Assembly (NCBI GenBank): GCA_963706595.1
Contig: OY970166.1
Span: forward strand, 128,001-192,000
DNA: 64,000 nucleotides
Reading direction: 5' to 3'
From: an uncultured cyanobacterium
GTDB taxonomy: Bacteria > Cyanobacteriota > Cyanobacteriia > Cyanobacteriales > Nostocaceae
Within the stretch, counting starts at the first letter, position 1. Every line of letters begins with the position of its first letter. The notes under the pieces were generated by a model that did not search any database, was not told the DNA's origin, and was given only the letters and a program-made list of their open reading frames with translations. Below are positions 1-11,028 of the stretch, one piece after another. A program made the translations under genes and the position numbers.

Positions 1-675
<675 letters not shown>

Positions 676-998
676 CTACACCCCTTGTTTGCGATATTTG
701 TTGACTAAAAACTGTTAGACTTAATAGTGCTGGATCTTATTATGTTTTTTACCTGGAGTCTAGCAGATCAGCTATTTTATGAGAACCTTTAGCTATTCTT
801 ACTAAAACTTAGGTATCCATGTCATTAATATTCTCTAACTACAATAGACTCATATAGGTTTTGAATTTTTCCCAGGAATTTCTGACAGTTTTATACGCAG
901 CTTTGCTGTTAAGTTTTTAACATATTTTCAATAGCTCCACAATTCGCTATGATACAAATCAAAAGATATAAGTAATTTTGTACTAAAAGGTCATAACC

Positions 999-1363
999 AT
1001 GAGCATTAACATTGTCACCCTTGTTGGTCGTGTCGGCGGCGATCCAGATATTAAATATTTTGAGTCTGGTACGGTTAAGTGTAGATTAACCTTAGCAGTG
1101 AATCGGCGATCGCGTAAAGCGATGAACATACGGACTGGTTCAATTTAGAACTGTGGGGAAAAACAGCAGAGGTAGCCGGGAATTATGTTCGCAAGGGTAA
1201 GCAAATTGCTGTTAAAGGTTCCTTAAAGTTTGATACATGGAGCGATCGCCAAACAGGAGCTAACCGTTCTAGTCCAGTTATTCAAGTAGAACAATTAGAC
1301 TTATTAGGTTCTAAGCGGGATACAGAAAGCGGAATGGGAGATATGTCCTCAGAACACTTTTAA
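999..1363 (+). CDS. ssb: Single-stranded DNA-binding protein, with a 1-nt frameshift at ~1116-1118
   Basis: MSINIVTLVGRVGGDPDIKYFESGTVKCRLTLAVNRRSRK continues in another frame as DEHTDWFNLELWGKTAEVAGNYVRKGKQIAVKGSL...EHF*. Adding one A to the AAA run gives 121 aa. Confidence 0.9.
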
Positions 1364-1378
1364 TAATGGCATTAATGA

Positions 1379-2125
1379 CTAATAACTAATTTGCAGTGTT
1401 ACCGATGCTTCTACCTGCTGCTCACTACCAATTACAGGGGTGGAAGCATCGGCACTAGCTAACTTAGCAGCCTCAGCACGCTGTAAAATCATTGGTGGGG
1501 GCGCACTTGCACTATTAATTTGAATACCTACCACTTGCTTCGCCTGTAAACCCAGGGTACTGAAAACAGCATTAGCTTGTTGTTGAGCATCTTGGGTGGC
1601 TTGTCTGAGTGCTTGTTGTTGAGCAGAGGCGATCGCCTGATCACTCGCAATAAAACTCACCCCGTTGATTTGCGTAGCACCGACTTTCACCGCTTCATCT
1701 AAGAGCGTACCAGCTTTATCCGTAGTAATACGAAAACTCACAGTGTTATTAGCAGTATATCCCGTAATGCGTTGCACATTATCAGTGTAACTGTAAACTG
1801 GATTGAGGCGGATACCAGTAGTTTGTAATTTTTCCACATTCCGGTTTTTGAGCAAAGCCACCACAGCCGATGACCTGCGAGCCGCGTCTTGTTGTGCTGA
1901 CTCTGCCGTTTTACCCTGCACCTCTACAGACATACTGACTTCTGTGAGAGTGGTAGGAATAGTTTCCACACCACGACCGCTAACTGTCAGAGTTCGCAGC
2001 AAATTTTCTTTTTCTTGGGCTAACCCAGGCGGAATAAAAGTTATACATACTAGTAAAGCTAAAGGTAAAGTTTTCCAACAGTTTCCCGAACGAAACCGAG
2101 AACCGAATAAAGCAGCTCCAAACAT
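1379..2125 (-). CDS. SIMPL/DUF541 periplasmic protein
   Basis: Signal peptide, then RTLTVSGRG...LQTTGIRLNPVY...ITGYTANNTV and a C-terminal QQVEASVTLQISY typical of SIMPL/YggE. Confidence 0.85.
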   Translation of the reverse strand: MFGAALFGSRFRSGNCWKTLPLALLVCITFIPPGLAQEKENLLRTLTVSGRGVETIPTTLTEVSMSVEVQGKTAESAQQDAARRSSAVVALLKNRNVEKLQTTGIRLNPVYSYTDNVQRITGYTANNTVSFRITTDKAGTLLDEAVKVGATQINGVSFIASDQAIASAQQQALRQATQDAQQQANAVFSTLGLQAKQVVGIQINSASAPPPMILQRAEAAKLASADASTPVIGSEQQVEASVTLQISY

Positions 2126-2343
2126 AAGATTTGCACTCCTCTGAAAACATTTAATATCTGATCACAGCACTGCTTTGTAAAGACATGATTTATCGTGTCT
2201 CAGCACTTTCTGATATGTTCTTACTTTGACATTGCCATAGTCTGAAGTAGGAACGGTTACATTTTTGGAAACCAACATTGAACGATGCCAAACGGGTAGT
2301 TGTGGATGTTAAGGCACTCAGAAGAGTCTCTGTGCCTCTGGCA

Positions 2344-2454
2344 CTAGTACAAGTTGGCGTAAATAAACAGACCATTCAAAATCTATGAAAAGCCCATTTT
2401 ATAAGCTTTTTGACTTTTGACTTTTGACTTTTGACTTCCGCCTTGCGGAACTAG
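2344..2454. repeat. MITE-like dispersed repeat with CTAG ends and internal (TTTTGAC)4
   Basis: Runs ctagtacaagttggcgtaa...ttttgac x4...ttccgccttgcggaactag with imperfect terminal inverted repeats. Related ends occur at 8851 and 53376. Confidence 0.6.
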
Positions 2455-2674
2455 CCCAAATTAAGCAGAATGAAAAAGAATTTAAAGACTTTGACTTGCT
2501 GCGGCTTTCTAGACTCTCAGTTGTGCCAGTCTCCGAATCTTACTGGCAACACCTGATTTCATTGACTGACAGCACAAAATAATTGAATAAATATCTTAAA
2601 ATGTATGTTGTTTTTCATAAAGGAGTAAAAATAAAAGCAGGACGCAGCACACATTAGGATTTTTGCACAACATA

Positions 2675-4162
2675 ATGCAGTTTTTAGATGCAATCAACGG
2701 ATATTTTCCCCTGCTGGCTACAACAGATACAGCAGACAGTTCAATGGTGATAGGCGCGGTACTGCTGAGTTTGGTAGTAATTTATCTGTCTAGTAAACTT
2801 GGTGGAGAGTTATCCAACCGAGTAGGTTTACCGCCTGTCTTAGGTGAACTCTTAGGAGGTGTGGTTGTGGGCATCTCTGTTTTGCATTTGTTAGTTTTTC
2901 CAGAAGGTGGTACAGACAGTTCTAATTCTTTAATCATGACTTTCCTGCAAATCACTGCGGGTTTAACTCCTGAAGCTACCCCAGCAGTATTTGAGGCACA
3001 ATCAGAGGTCATTTCCGTATTAGCAGAACTGGGTGTAATCATTCTGCTATTTGAAATTGGTTTGGAGTCCAACTTAAAAGACCTAATATCAGTGGGGGCG
3101 CAAGCTGCCATAGTGGCAGTAGTGGGGGTAGTAGTACCTTTTACTGCTGGTACTGTGGGATTAATGGCTTTGTTTGGTGTCGGTGCTGTGCCAGCAATTT
3201 TTGCCGGGGCGGCTTTGACTGCAACTAGTATTGGCATTACTTCCAAGGTGCTGTCAGAATTAGGAAAACTCAATTCCAAAGAAGGGCAGATTATTCTAGG
3301 TGCTGCTGTTATGGACGATGTATTAGGAATCATCGTTCTGGCAGTAGTTGCCAGCCTAGCCAAAGATGGCGCGGTAGATGTGAGCAACGTCATCTATCTG
3401 ATTATCAGCGCCACTGGTTTTCTCATTGGTGCAGTCGTACTAGGTAATATTTTCAATAATACCTTTGTGGCGATCGCTGACCAACTCAAAACACGCGGAG
3501 AACTGGTGATACCAGCATTCACCTTCGCCTTTGCTATGGCATACCTGGCCTCCGTTATCCATTTAGAAGCAATTTTGGGAGCTTTTGCGGCAGGTTTAGT
3601 CTTAGAGGAAACCGATAAACGCAAAGAATTGCAAAAGCAAGTTATACCTATTGCTGATATGCTAGTGCCAATTTTCTTTGTGACTGTGGGGGCAAAAACC
3701 GACTTGGGAGTATTGAACCCAGCCATCCCCAGCAATCGCGAAGGCTTAATTATGGCAATTTTCCTGATCGCAGTGGCCATTATCGGTAAAGTAATTACAG
3801 GTTTTAGTGTGTTTGGTCAACCCCAAATCAACCGTTTAGCAATTGGTGTGGGGATGATTCCCCGTGGTGAAGTCGGGTTAGTCTTTGCTGGTGTCGGTGC
3901 TGCTAGCGGTGTTCTCTCTAAATCATTAGGGGCGGCAATTATCATGATGGTGATCACTACAACCTTTTTAGCTCCCCCACTGTTACGATTCGTATTTCCA
4001 GAATCAGACAACTTGGTAGCAGACCAAGACAAACTGATTTTAGACGGTGCGACTGGGACACCGTTGATAGTAGAAAAACCTCCATCAATAGTGCCTACAG
4101 TCAATGATGCTATGAATCGGGAAGATAGTCCCAATTATGAGGATAATTCATCAAAAACCTAA
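2675..4162 (+). CDS. CPA2-family Na+/H+ antiporter (NhaS3-like)
   Basis: Many TM helices with ATSIGIT, GAAVMDDVLG and GMIPRGEVG motifs. Confidence 0.9.
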   Translation: MQFLDAINGYFPLLATTDTADSSMVIGAVLLSLVVIYLSSKLGGELSNRVGLPPVLGELLGGVVVGISVLHLLVFPEGGTDSSNSLIMTFLQITAGLTPEATPAVFEAQSEVISVLAELGVIILLFEIGLESNLKDLISVGAQAAIVAVVGVVVPFTAGTVGLMALFGVGAVPAIFAGAALTATSIGITSKVLSELGKLNSKEGQIILGAAVMDDVLGIIVLAVVASLAKDGAVDVSNVIYLIISATGFLIGAVVLGNIFNNTFVAIADQLKTRGELVIPAFTFAFAMAYLASVIHLEAILGAFAAGLVLEETDKRKELQKQVIPIADMLVPIFFVTVGAKTDLGVLNPAIPSNREGLIMAIFLIAVAIIGKVITGFSVFGQPQINRLAIGVGMIPRGEVGLVFAGVGAASGVLSKSLGAAIIMMVITTTFLAPPLLRFVFPESDNLVADQDKLILDGATGTPLIVEKPPSIVPTVNDAMNREDSPNYEDNSSKT

Positions 4163-4863
4163 GTAAATTAAAGGCATAGTACCGTAAGACGCAATTCAAA
4201 ATTCCCAAAGCTGATTTTATGAGCTTTCCTATTGATTTAAAATAGTTGTGCTATTTACGCCGTGCTTTACTAGGGCTAGGGACTAGGGAGGAGGAAAGAG
4301 TTTTTTCAGATTCAATCTCCAATCCCATATCCCTAGTTTCAGGAAACATAATCTCTAAATCTCCGTCGTTGGAGACTGTCAATCTCAGTTTTTGTCTCAC
4401 TACTATTAGCATTCAAAATGTTATATTTTGCCAGACTTACTCTGCTTTATAAAGTTAATTTAGATACTTTAAACCAATTAGCGCCCAGTCACTACAAGTT
4501 TGATCACATCAAGAAAAAGTAGTTGCGATTTTTTGGTCAAAACATTGATTGCCTGTCAGCCATTACACAACTCAGATCCAATCAAAGGCTAAGTCAAGTC
4601 TGACTCACAAATATTGACTAAGTGCAGTTAATTATGGTGATTCTCTGGTTGCATCTGAAATACTTTGCTCTCGTGAATATAATATCCTGATAGGATGGCA
4701 AAGTTAGAGGGAATACTAGCAACTTAAGCCATTAATTCTGTCTAATACCAGCACAAAAGTCACAGAAGTATCAAAGAGCAAGATTAGGTTGTAACAGTGT
4801 GACGATTAGCCAATATGTTGAGATATTGATGGCTCCCATGAACGCGAATCAGGAGAAAGGATT

Positions 4864-6756
4864 GTGAAATTACACTGGTTACTACCCAGGACTGTAGGAA
4901 CTATCGTCTTACTATCGTCGCCGGCTGTAGCAGCAAAACTGGAATCTTGGCGTTTTGATGCCAATCAAAATCGTCTGGAAATTAACACGAACGGTGCTGT
5001 TCAACCCCAAGCACAACTGATATTCAACCCTACACGTCTGGTGATTGATTTACCCGGTACGACCTTTGGACGGCCGCAGGCTACACAGCAAGTAGGTGGT
5101 GCGATTCGTACTGTCCGTGTGGGGCAGTTTGATCCACAAACAACGCGTTTAGTTGTTGAACTCAGTCCCGGCTATACCTTAGACCCCCAGCAGGTGCAAT
5201 TTGAAAACGTCAGTGCCAATCGCTGGAGGGTACAATTACCAAAGCCAACAGCAGAACAAACAGAATCTTCTTCCAGAAATATCTACAATCTGGTAAACCT
5301 TGACTCTGATGCTAGTACCAAACCAGAGTTTTCTAATCAAGTTGCCAGAGCCACACCTGGAAAAACTCAAATTCAGAACTTACAGGTAACAGGGGATGGG
5401 TTATTTTTGCGGACTAATGGTGGTAATCCCCAAGTTAAAATTAATCGGAGCCGCGATCGCAATACCATTTTTATGGATATCGCTGACGCGAGTTTATCAC
5501 CCAGTCTGACGCAGCGAAATAGTGAAATTAACAGACATGGTGTTAGTCGTGTCGAATTTACTCCCTTAAACAGCCAACCACCTGGTGTCCGCATGACCTT
5601 GCGGGTAAATAAAGATAGCCCAGACTGGCGCGCAACTAGTAGTAGCGGTGGCGGTTTGGTAGTTTTACCCTCTCGTGTTGTCAGATTACCAGGAAATAAT
5701 AATTCCAATAACTCACAGAACAATCAGCCCTCAGCCCCGTCCACTCCCAACATACCAGTTGCCAATAATTCGCCAGCCACAATTGAGTCTGTGGAATTAG
5801 GTAATAATGATACGCAGTTATTGATTAGATCCGATAAAACAGTAAATGCTACTAGTGGATGGGATAGATCCTCTGGTTTGTTCCGAATCACTATTCCCAA
5901 TGCTAAGTTAGCAGCCAATGTCACTGGACCAAATTTTAGTGCCAATAGTCCCATCCTCCGGGTACGCTTGCAACCTCAAAACAATACGGTGGTTGTCTTG
6001 GTGCAACCAGCATCGGGAGTGCAAATTGGCGAATTAAACCAAGTCAGCAACCAGATTTTGGCTCTACAGTTACAAGGCTCTCGTCGGGGTACAACTTCAC
6101 TTCCAGTACCCCCAATAGCGCTACCACCTCTACCACCACCAACTCAAGGGCAACTACCAAGTGCAACGGCTCCTCCCCCACCCAGACCCCAACCTGCGCC
6201 ACGTCCTGCACCCAAAACCAGAGCAGTAGTGATGATTGACCCCGGACACGGTGGTAGAGACCCAGGCGCAATTGGGATTAGGGGACTCCGGGAGATAGAT
6301 GTAGCTTTGCCTATTGGTAAAAGGATCGCTGCGATTTTAGAGCAAAATGGTGTACAAGCAGTATTAACGCGTGATTCAGATTATTTTGTCAGTCTGCAAG
6401 GACGAGTGGACTTAGCGCAACGAGCTAAGGCTGATTTATTTGTCAGCATCCATGCTAATGCCATCAGTATGAGTCGTCCAGATGTCAATGGTTTGGAAAC
6501 ATATCATTACGGCAGTGGTCAGGCTCTAGCTGGCTCAATTCATCGCACCATTCTTCAAAATGTCACTATTAGAGATAGAAAAGTGCGGCGCGCCAGATTT
6601 TACGTCCTCAGAAGAAGCTCTATGCCCTCGGTGCTGGTGGAAGTCGGTTTTGTAACAGGTTCAGAGGATGCGGCTAGGCTCAGAACCACAGCTTACCAAA
6701 ATCAAATGGCCGATGCGATCGCTCGTGGTATCCTTCAGCATCTACAACGAAGATAA
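4864..6756 (+). CDS. amiC: N-acetylmuramoyl-L-alanine amidase AmiC (AMIN domains + Amidase_3; septal nanopore amidase family)
   Basis: Signal peptide, AMIN-like PTRLVIDLPG, Pro-rich linker, catalytic IDPGHGGRDPGA / FVSIHAN / LVEVGFVT. Lies directly upstream of murI. Confidence 0.92.
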   Translation: MKLHWLLPRTVGTIVLLSSPAVAAKLESWRFDANQNRLEINTNGAVQPQAQLIFNPTRLVIDLPGTTFGRPQATQQVGGAIRTVRVGQFDPQTTRLVVELSPGYTLDPQQVQFENVSANRWRVQLPKPTAEQTESSSRNIYNLVNLDSDASTKPEFSNQVARATPGKTQIQNLQVTGDGLFLRTNGGNPQVKINRSRDRNTIFMDIADASLSPSLTQRNSEINRHGVSRVEFTPLNSQPPGVRMTLRVNKDSPDWRATSSSGGGLVVLPSRVVRLPGNNNSNNSQNNQPSAPSTPNIPVANNSPATIESVELGNNDTQLLIRSDKTVNATSGWDRSSGLFRITIPNAKLAANVTGPNFSANSPILRVRLQPQNNTVVVLVQPASGVQIGELNQVSNQILALQLQGSRRGTTSLPVPPIALPPLPPPTQGQLPSATAPPPPRPQPAPRPAPKTRAVVMIDPGHGGRDPGAIGIRGLREIDVALPIGKRIAAILEQNGVQAVLTRDSDYFVSLQGRVDLAQRAKADLFVSIHANAISMSRPDVNGLETYHYGSGQALAGSIHRTILQNVTIRDRKVRRARFYVLRRSSMPSVLVEVGFVTGSEDAARLRTTAYQNQMADAIARGILQHLQRR

Positions 6757-6764
6757 GTGACATT

Positions 6765-6790
6765 CTCCCCCTTTCTCTCAAGGGGGATTC
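6765..6790 (+). terminator. Stem-loop after amiC
   Basis: tccccctt...aagggggat inverted repeat just after the stop codon. Confidence 0.45.
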
Positions 6791-6929
6791 TATGTTCAAA
6801 CAGCGCATACAGGCATAGCCAGTTTGATTGCCTCACCTCACAGTTAATTCCCTAACTGTACAAATATTTTTACGAATTTTCTGCTACATTTTGGATTTTA
6901 TATCTCAAAACCTCAATCAATATCTACCT

Positions 6930-7793
6930 GTGTATTCATCCTCCATTTTTGACGGCAATCTTGACCATTTTTCTGATAAAGAACCTCAACGCGCCCCAAT
7001 CGGAGTTTTTGACAGTGGTGTGGGTGGGCTGACAGTCCTGCGACAACTTTATCGCCATCTACCCAATGAATCTATTATTTACTTTGGAGATACCGCGCGG
7101 CTGCCTTATGGCATTCGTTCACAAGCAGAAATATTACAGTATGTGCGCGACATCCTCAACTGGATGCAGCAGCAACGTGTAAAAATGGTGATTATGGCTT
7201 GCAATACTAGTTCTGCTTTGGCACTAGAAATAGTCCGTAGTGAGTTTAATCTGCCTATTATCGGAGTCATCCTACCAGGAGCTAAAGCAGCAGTTCAGCA
7301 AGGCAAACGTATCGGTGTAATTGCTACTCCAGCCACAGCTAAAAGTAATGCCTATCGCCACGCTATTCTCGAAATTGATCCGAATGTTCAAGTTTGGCAA
7401 GTTAGTTGTCCTGAGTTCGTGCCACTGATTGAGCAAAATCGTATCCATGATCCTTACACTAATGAAGTAGCACGCTCATATTTAGAGCCGTTAATACAGC
7501 AAGAAATTGATACCTTGGTTTACGGCTGTACTCATTATCCTCATCTTGCCCCAGTACTGCGATCGCTTCTCCCTGCTCACGTCAAATTAGTTGACCCAGC
7601 AGTTCACGTTGTGACAGCTTGTACTCAAGAGTTAGACCTACTCGGCTTAAGCAATACACATCCCCCACTACCCACTCGCTTTGCTGTCAGTGGTTGTCCA
7701 CAAGAATTTGCGAAATCCGGTGTGCAGTGGCTAGGCCATACTTTAACGGTTGAGCTTGTGGATTTCACTGATACCGCAGTTTCTCAATTTTAA
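6930..7793 (+). CDS. murI: Glutamate racemase
   Basis: FDSGVGGLTV, MACNTSS and YGCTHYP motifs. Probable GTG start at 6930; the ORF track extends to 6828. Confidence 0.95.
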   Translation: MYSSSIFDGNLDHFSDKEPQRAPIGVFDSGVGGLTVLRQLYRHLPNESIIYFGDTARLPYGIRSQAEILQYVRDILNWMQQQRVKMVIMACNTSSALALEIVRSEFNLPIIGVILPGAKAAVQQGKRIGVIATPATAKSNAYRHAILEIDPNVQVWQVSCPEFVPLIEQNRIHDPYTNEVARSYLEPLIQQEIDTLVYGCTHYPHLAPVLRSLLPAHVKLVDPAVHVVTACTQELDLLGLSNTHPPLPTRFAVSGCPQEFAKSGVQWLGHTLTVELVDFTDTAVSQF

Positions 7794-7851
7794 TAGTCAT
7801 TAGTCATTAGTCATGATTTTGATTTTGACCGAAGAGGCGGAGGGGCTTTCT

Positions 7852-8008
7852 AGCAGGGAGCAGGGGGAGCAATCCCTGCCCAGTAGCCGTGAAGCCGAGC
7901 AGAACATGGGTACAAGCTCCGCCCTTCTAGGGCGCTCTTACTGGGACTTGTACAAGCTCCGTCTCCGTTTTCCCCCTTGCTCCCTGCCCCCTTGCTCCCC
8001 TGCTTCTT
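7852..8008. repeat. Composite intergenic repeat (GGGAGCA / TGCTCCC arms around a core with gtacaagctccg duplicated)
   Basis: gcagggagcagggggagca...tgctccctgcccccttgctcccctgc inverted heptamer arms between convergent genes. Confidence 0.55.
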
Positions 8009-8033
8009 TTGACTTCTGCATCGCCATCCTAGC

Positions 8034-8210
8034 CTATTGACTATTGACTACCTCAGTCACCTGATGAGTTACTGACACATCTTGCTGGTGTTTTCCTGTC
8101 TTAGTCGCAGGTAAATTTTTCGGAGCAGATTTGCTGCCGGTTCTCTTTGCCAGCGCTAATAATAAGTAGACTGTAAACAAATATCCAGCAGCTAAAATAA
8201 AAGTCAACAT
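8034..8210 (-). CDS. Small single-TM hypothetical protein (58 aa)
   Basis: MLTFILAAGYLFTVYLLLALAKRTGSK...: hydrophobic N-terminus with a basic tail. Confidence 0.55.
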   Translation of the reverse strand: MLTFILAAGYLFTVYLLLALAKRTGSKSAPKNLPATKTGKHQQDVSVTHQVTEVVNSQ

Positions 8211-8979
8211 AGGTATCTTCCCGTAAATCATCGTTCTACCAGCACCCTTCTGAATGGAATATGTAATTTTTTTAATTAGATAAAATGCAACCAACCAAGT
8301 TATCCTTGATGGCTGAGTTTTATATACTGAATTTTTCCGTAAATTTAGAATTATCTACGGTTAACTAAATAATTATTGAATTGAGTTTTTTGCAGACCAC
8401 ACACACCACAACAGTTAGATTGATAAACAACAATCTGAACTGCACTCCTCAGCAGTCTACTTAGTCTGCATTATTTGCTGGCATACCTCCACGTCAAGAG
8501 CCGCCTTAACGTTCAACAGACGCTAAAAGCTTGCAGCGAATAACCATAAGGATACCGCAAAGCTCCATCTCAGGAGGCTTAATTGCCTGACAAAGAACAA
8601 AGAAATAATTTTCTTAATTCTTGGCTTACAGCGACGACTTAGACGACTTATTTTAGAACTTCAGTAACATCAAGGTAAAAATACCTAAAAACGGCTTCCC
8701 TTGAGAAAATGAGTTCTGAAAAATTTAAAATCCTTACATTTTAGCGTAACACAATCATTCTGAGTTTTCAGCTAAGTTTGGAGTTAAATTGGAAAATTTT
8801 TAGCTAGCTAAAAACAAGGTTGGAAGGACTTAGCGATCGCTTGCTATTATCTAGTACAACACGACGTAAATAGGCCTACCCTACCCCCGGATTTCTCACA
8901 AAGAGAGACGCTGCGCTATGCCCTTCAGGGCTTGACGGGTGATACCGACAGCTACTGATATACACAAACCGTAGTTGTA

Positions 8980-8995
8980 TGTAAAAAAACATACA
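8980..8995. promoter_or_regulatory. Candidate NtcA site TGTA-N8-TACA within a longer palindrome
   Basis: tgtaaaaaaacataca, inside ttgtatgt...acatacaa. Confidence 0.4.
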
Positions 8996-9286
8996 AAAAT
9001 TAGTAACTAAATTTTATTTATTGACTTTGGAGAATCTAAGCAACAAATATAAAAAAAAATATTTACCGAATGTACAGAAAATTTTTTGAAGAGCAAGAAT
9101 AGCTGTAGAGCTTGGTGGTAAGGATTCTAGCCAACTGGTAGGTCTCGCAACTCTAAACTATTTGTGCCGAACAGACAGCAAATCAGCAGTTATTCTCTAA
9201 TCAAAACTTTGCGCTGGCACAGGGTTATCTTAAAATGAGTGTAGGATATGTAAACTTTCGTAACCTAAGCCAGAGTCCGCCCATCC

Positions 9287-10258
9287 ATGACCTCAGCCAC
9301 CTCCCTGTTTACCCCTGTGGAAGCAGACCTGCGACTATTAGCAGAAAACCTCAAGCAGCTAGTTGGAAATCGCCACCCCATCCTGTTTATGGCAGCCGAA
9401 CATCTATTCGGAGCTGGGGGAAAGCGTATTAGACCAGCAATTGTTCTGCTGATATCGCGGGCCACAATGTTAGAAAAAGACATAACACTGCGTCACCGCC
9501 GCCTAGCAGAAATCACCGAAATGATTCACACGGCAAGCTTAGTGCATGACGATGTGGTAGATGAATCACAAATGCGACGTGGTGTGGAGACTGTTCATAG
9601 TCTGTTCGGTAATCGCATTGCTGTCCTAGCAGGAGATTTTCTCTTCGCCCAATCGTCCTGGTATTTAGCCAACTTGGATAATTTGGAGGTGGTGAAACTA
9701 CTCTCAGAAGTGATTATGGATCTGGCTACCGGTGAAATTCAGCAAGGAATAAATTGTTTTGATAATGGCATCTCTATAGAGACTTACCTCAAAAAGAGCT
9801 ATTACAAAACAGCCTCGTTAATTGCCAACAGTTCCAAAGCAGCTGGGTTACTTAGTGACGTTTCCCACGAAACTGCCGAACATTTGTACGACTACGGCCG
9901 TCATCTAGGTCTAGCATTTCAGATTGTGGATGATATTTTAGATTTCACCAGTACAACAGATGCTTTGGGTAAACCAGCCGGATCTGATCTCAAAAGTGGT
10001 AATCTCACTGCACCCGTTTTATTTGCCTTAAAGGAAAATCCAGACCTGGAAGCCCTCATTGAACGGAAGTTTGACCAAGAAGGAGATTTAGAGCAAGCTC
10101 TAGAGCTGATTCAAGATAGTCAAGGTATCCAGCAAGCGAGACAATTAGCGGCTTACCATGCCAAGTTGGCAGTTGATCATCTTCAGGTGATCGCACCCTC
10201 CGAATCACGCGAGGCATTAATTAATATAGCTGACTACGTACTTAGTCGGCTTTATTAA
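9287..10258 (+). CDS. sds: Solanesyl diphosphate synthase
   Basis: GGKRIRP, LVHDDVVD (FARM) and FQIVDDILD (SARM). Confidence 0.93.
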   Translation: MTSATSLFTPVEADLRLLAENLKQLVGNRHPILFMAAEHLFGAGGKRIRPAIVLLISRATMLEKDITLRHRRLAEITEMIHTASLVHDDVVDESQMRRGVETVHSLFGNRIAVLAGDFLFAQSSWYLANLDNLEVVKLLSEVIMDLATGEIQQGINCFDNGISIETYLKKSYYKTASLIANSSKAAGLLSDVSHETAEHLYDYGRHLGLAFQIVDDILDFTSTTDALGKPAGSDLKSGNLTAPVLFALKENPDLEALIERKFDQEGDLEQALELIQDSQGIQQARQLAAYHAKLAVDHLQVIAPSESREALINIADYVLSRLY

Positions 10259-10290
10259 CAAATTTAGGATTTTTAAATTAATTTTTTCAG

Positions 10291-10340
10291 ATATTGCAGT
10301 TGGGATTTTAGATGTATCTAATGAGTCCCAACTGCAATAT
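10291..10340. terminator. Long hairpin between convergent genes (probable bidirectional terminator)
   Basis: 15-bp perfect inverted repeat atattgcagttggga / tcccaactgcaatat. Confidence 0.6.
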
Positions 10341-10344
10341 TTAT

Positions 10345-10819
10345 TTATGCAATATCTGGAGGTATTTGTTTACCAGATTGCTGTTTTTTTATCTGTTGCT
10401 GCAAGCGATTAAGCAATTCTACACGTTGGATTTCACAGGTATGAGTGGTCTGACCCGGCGTTTCCAAAAAAACTATACTATCTACGGGTTCTAATGCCAC
10501 CAATTGGAACAAAATATGGGTGACAGGAACAATTTTAGCTAGCATTTGAGGGTCAAGCCCAGCAGGTGAAGTTAGGGAGACATCCTGTATGGTAGGAAAA
10601 GCGTAGACAACACGCCTTTCCAATCCTGGATTTGCCCGATTGCTCAATGTAGTTAAAACCCAGCTCTCTTCTGAATTCTGAAGAACATAGTACCTGGGAA
10701 TGACGTAATCTTTTAGTGATCGAGATCAATACAGGAGCAATTGCTGAAATAAGATGTGGTGTTAAGCCATCGCGGGGTGCATTATTAATCAGCAATTGAA
10801 TTTGTGATTTTAAATCCAT
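10345..10819 (-). CDS. Hypothetical protein divergent from hetZ, split by a 1-nt frameshift at ~10693
   Basis: MDLKSQIQLLINNAPRDG...RLRHSQ joins YYVLQNSEESWVLTTLSNRANPG...PPDIA if one G of CAGGTAC is removed (157 aa). Confidence 0.7.
10544..10583 (+). promoter_or_regulatory. HetR recognition sequence of the hetZ promoter
   Basis: atttgaGGGTCAAGCCCAGCAggtgaagttagggagacat closely matches the HetR-bound sequence upstream of PCC 7120 hetZ as I recall it (GGG-N5-CCC core). A possible -10 (tatggt) lies at 10588. Confidence 0.75.
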
Positions 10820-11028
10820 AACGACTTGGAAACGACTCGGTGGGTAATTGGCAAAAGCATCTATCAAATTGTGAACTATCCCATCAATGGGAATAATAAG
10901 AATAGGCACATCCTAATTACTGGACTAGCCTGCATTTAGCTTATATGCAAATCTAAACAGCCAGCCAACACCCACAGTCGTCACAGGTTTTACTTAAGTA
11001 TTTTTAGGGTCTTTTGAAAACCGAGACT

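Noticed and set aside
2190..2375. Short intergenic ORFs (2190-2375, 4246-4452, 7813-8040, 23513-23743, 44765-45040, 50868-51125, 59333-59551)
   Set aside because: They run through repeats or promoter DNA, lack an RBS or motifs, and have atypical composition.
8520..8600. ccgcaaagctcc segment as a c-di-GMP-I riboswitch
   Set aside because: Only a short motif resemblance. I could not build the GNRA/receptor stems; an Infernal search would be needed.
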